A DNA stretch of 32,000 bases, from assembly GCF_000009045.1 (NCBI RefSeq), contig NC_000964.3, positions 1,170,001-1,202,000 of the forward strand. Direction: 5' to 3'. Position 1 is the first letter of the stretch. Each line of letters begins with the position of its first letter. A program made the position numbers and the translations under genes. Below, piece after piece: positions 29,327-32,000 of this stretch. This DNA is from Bacillus subtilis subsp. subtilis str. 168 (GTDB lineage Bacteria; Bacillota; Bacilli; Bacillales; Bacillaceae). The notes beneath the pieces were generated by a model. It did no database searches. It was not told the DNA's origin and was given only the letters and a program-made list of their open reading frames with translations.

Positions 29327-30388
29327 ATGGAAGGTTATTTAGTGTTAGAAGATGGGACATCGTTCAGCGGCGAGCTGGACGGTCATGAAAACTGCACGGG
29401 AGAAGCTGTTTTTTTCACAGGAATGACAGGCTACCAGGAAGTGCTGACAGATCCATCATATAAGGGACAGATTATTGTATTTACCTACCCGCTGATTGGC
29501 AACTACGGCATAAATGAAAAGGATTTTGAAAGCAAGAAACCGCAAGTAAAAGCCGCGGTTGTCTATGAGGCGTGTGATCACTTTTCTCATTATGAAGCGG
29601 TATACAGCCTCAAGGAGTATCTACAGAAATGGAATATTCCGCTGTTAACCCATGTTGATACGAGGGCTGTCGTGAAGAAAATCCGGGCAAACGGGACGAT
29701 GGGTGCGACAGTCACAGCCTCTAAAGAAGGAGCTGAGATTGCCCTTCAACCAGAGAATGTGGCAGAGCAGGCTTCCGCCCAGGAAATCAGCACATTCGGC
29801 GACGGGAATAAACATATCGCTCTCATTGATTTTGGCTATAAAAAGTCAATCGCATCATCACTTGTCAAACGAGGCTGCAAGGTTACCGTGGTGCCATACC
29901 AGCAAATGGAGGCCGTATACAACATCAAACCCGATGGAATTGTGCTATCGAACGGACCTGGAGATCCGAAAGCCATTCAGCCATATTTAGGAAAGATCAA
30001 AAGCATCATCAGCCGCTTTCCGACTCTAGGCATTTGTCTCGGACATCAGCTGATCGCGCTCGCGTTTGGAGGGAATACTTTTAAGCTGCCATTCGGGCAC
30101 AGGGGAGCTAATCATCCGGTCATCGACCGTAAGACGAAACGGGTCTTTATGACAAGCCAAAACCACAGCTATGTGGTTGATGAACAGTCGATTAATGAAG
30201 AAGAGCTCACCATCAGGTTTCATCATGTCAATGATACGTCAGTTGAAGGGCTTGCCCATAAAAAACTGCCTGTCATGAGTGTTCAATTCCACCCGGAAGC
30301 CCATCCCGGACCTGCGGAAAGCGAATGGATTTTTGATGATTATCTAAAGAATGTGATACCAGCAAGGAGAGAAATCGCGCATGCCTAA
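29327..30388 (+). CDS. carA: Carbamoyl-phosphate synthase small (glutaminase) subunit, arginine-specific
   Basis: 353-aa ORF. ATG after AGAGGTGGG. Catalytic triad context GICLGHQ and QFHPE. Confidence 0.95.
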   Translation: MEGYLVLEDGTSFSGELDGHENCTGEAVFFTGMTGYQEVLTDPSYKGQIIVFTYPLIGNYGINEKDFESKKPQVKAAVVYEACDHFSHYEAVYSLKEYLQKWNIPLLTHVDTRAVVKKIRANGTMGATVTASKEGAEIALQPENVAEQASAQEISTFGDGNKHIALIDFGYKKSIASSLVKRGCKVTVVPYQQMEAVYNIKPDGIVLSNGPGDPKAIQPYLGKIKSIISRFPTLGICLGHQLIALAFGGNTFKLPFGHRGANHPVIDRKTKRVFMTSQNHSYVVDEQSINEEELTIRFHHVNDTSVEGLAHKKLPVMSVQFHPEAHPGPAESEWIFDDYLKNVIPARREIAHA

Positions 30389-32000
30389 AGACACCAGTAT
30401 TTCAAGCATATTAGTAATTGGCTCAGGCCCGATCATCATCGGGCAGGCGGCAGAATTTGATTATTCAGGCACTCAAGGGTGCATCGCGCTGAAGGAGGAG
30501 GGCTACCGGGTAATTCTCGTCAACAGCAATCCGGCGACAATTATGACTGATGAAGCCTTCGCTGATGAAATTTATTTTGAGCCTCTGACAGCAGAAAGCC
30601 TGACAGCCATCATTAAGAAAGAACGGCCTGATGGGCTTCTTGCCAATTTAGGCGGTCAGACCGCGTTGAATTTAGCGGTGGAGCTTGAAGAAACGGGTGT
30701 TTTAAAAGAGCACGGCGTCAAACTCCTCGGCACATCCGTTGAAACGATACAAAAAGGAGAGGACCGGGAAAAATTCCGTTCGTTAATGAATGAATTAAAA
30801 CAGCCTGTGCCGGAGAGTGAAATTGTTGATAACGAGGCCGATGCCCTCCATTTTGCGGAATCCATCGGTTTTCCTGTTATTATCAGACCAGCTTACACAT
30901 TAGGCGGAAAGGGCGGAGGAATCGCCCCTGATAAAGAAGCCTTTACAGCTATGATTAAGCAGGCGCTATTAGCAAGCCCGATCAATCAATGCCTTGTCGA
31001 AAAAAGCATTGCCGGCTTTAAAGAAATTGAATATGAAGTCATGCGTGACAGCAATAACACATGCATTACCGTCTGCAATATGGAAAATATCGATCCGGTC
31101 GGCGTGCATACAGGTGACTCTATCGTTGTGGCGCCGTCACAAACATTGACAGACGAAGACTATCAAATGCTGCGGACAGCAAGTCTGACGATCATCTCAG
31201 CACTTGATGTTGTAGGCGGCTGCAACATTCAATTCGCGCTTGATCCATTCAGCAAGCAATATTACGTCATTGAAGTGAATCCGCGTGTAAGCCGGTCATC
31301 GGCTCTCGCATCTAAAGCGACCGGTTATCCGATTGCGAAGATGGCCGCGAAACTGGCAGTCGGATACACTCTTGACGAGCTGAAAAATCCGCTCACAGGC
31401 TCGACTTACGCAAGCTTTGAACCGGCACTGGATTATGTGATCGTCAAATTTCCGCGCTGGCCGTTTGATAAATTCAAAAACGCAGACCGCAAGCTTGGCA
31501 CAAAAATGAAAGCCACCGGTGAAGTGATGGCGATTGAACGGAATTTAGAAGCGGCGATACAAAAGGCAGCCGCGTCGCTTGAATTAAAAAATATCGGGAC
31601 ACACCTTCCAGAGCTCAGCGGGTTGTCAATTGATACGCTATGGGATTTGGCAATCACTCCGGATGACCGCAGATTTTTCGTTGTCATGGAGCTGTTGAGC
31701 CGCAGCGTCTCGATTGATGACATCCATGAAAAAACAAAAATTGATCCGTTTTTCCTTCATACCTTTGACAACATCATCAAATTGGAAAACCGCCTGATGG
31801 AAGCAGGGAGCGATCTCTCTTTTGAATTATTGAAGAAAGCAAAGGAAAAGGGATTCTCAGACGCAACGATTGCCTCGCTGATCAGCAAAACAGAAGAAGA
31901 GGTGCGCGCGCTTCGCAAGGAGATGGGCATTACGCCTTCCTTTAAAATCGTAGATACATGCGCGGCAGAGTTTGATGCGAAAACAAACTATTTTTACTCC
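30381..32000 (+). CDS. carB: Carbamoyl-phosphate synthase large subunit, arginine-specific; first 540 codons only, continues beyond the window end
   Basis: Not in the track because it has no stop within the window. The ATG at 30381 overlaps the end of carA by 8 nt. It reads [33 protein letters not shown].., the canonical CarB N-terminus. The frame is open to 32000. Confidence 0.95.
   Translation, partial: MPKDTSISSILVIGSGPIIIGQAAEFDYSGTQGCIALKEEGYRVILVNSNPATIMTDEAFADEIYFEPLTAESLTAIIKKERPDGLLANLGGQTALNLAVELEETGVLKEHGVKLLGTSVETIQKGEDREKFRSLMNELKQPVPESEIVDNEADALHFAESIGFPVIIRPAYTLGGKGGGIAPDKEAFTAMIKQALLASPINQCLVEKSIAGFKEIEYEVMRDSNNTCITVCNMENIDPVGVHTGDSIVVAPSQTLTDEDYQMLRTASLTIISALDVVGGCNIQFALDPFSKQYYVIEVNPRVSRSSALASKATGYPIAKMAAKLAVGYTLDELKNPLTGSTYASFEPALDYVIVKFPRWPFDKFKNADRKLGTKMKATGEVMAIERNLEAAIQKAAASLELKNIGTHLPELSGLSIDTLWDLAITPDDRRFFVVMELLSRSVSIDDIHEKTKIDPFFLHTFDNIIKLENRLMEAGSDLSFELLKKAKEKGFSDATIASLISKTEEEVRALRKEMGITPSFKIVDTCAAEFDAKTNYFYS

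Overview
I recognise this window, from the encoded proteins and gene order, as the Bacillus subtilis 168-type chromosomal region from yisZ to carB. No database search was possible. It is mostly core or accessory-metabolic DNA. I saw no rRNA, tRNA, CRISPR array, IS element, transposase or prophage genes.

Content from left to right:
- (1) A second sulfate-activation and reduction set (APS kinase, ATP sulfurylase, Fe-S type PAPS/APS reductase; minus strand) sits divergent from ComB/ComA-type phosphosulfolactate phosphatase and synthase genes. Together they spell a route from sulfate to sulfolactate.
- (2) A convergent block follows: membrane protein yitE, enolase-superfamily yitF, MFS transporter yitG and two GNAT acetyltransferases.
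- (3) yitJ (homocysteine methyltransferase fused to MTHFR) lies behind a textbook S-box (SAM-I) riboswitch.
- (4) yitK (YajQ family) and yitL (S1-domain protein) are divergent.
- (5) The yitP-yitO-yitM operon is an SdpA/SdpB/SdpC-like secreted-toxin operon. It is divergent from a PadR regulator (yizB), the membrane partners yitQ and yitR, and the M4 protease nprB. This is the most system-like part of the window and corresponds to the published YIT toxin locus.
- (6) Next come yitS (DegV), yitT, ipi, two small ORFs, yitU (HAD phosphatase), yitV (esterase), yitW (DUF59/SufT-like), a Pmp3-like mini-ORF, the FAD oxidase yitY and the half-size MFS yitZ.
- (7) The window ends with the arginine operon argC-argJ-argB-argD-carA-carB (carB truncated by the window end) with AhrC/ARG-box operators.

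I do not see a clearly undescribed multi-gene system. The most checkable less-described observations are:
- a probable leaderless, self-operated yizB promoter;
- a PadR plus membrane-partner relay next to the toxin operon;
- an in-frame lipoprotein signal upstream of the annotated ipi start;
- an untracked 50-codon ORF abutting yizC behind a forespore-type promoter;
- a tandem ARG-box pair in the argD-carA gap.

Many ORF-track entries start too far upstream. I give trimmed starts based on Shine-Dalgarno placement.
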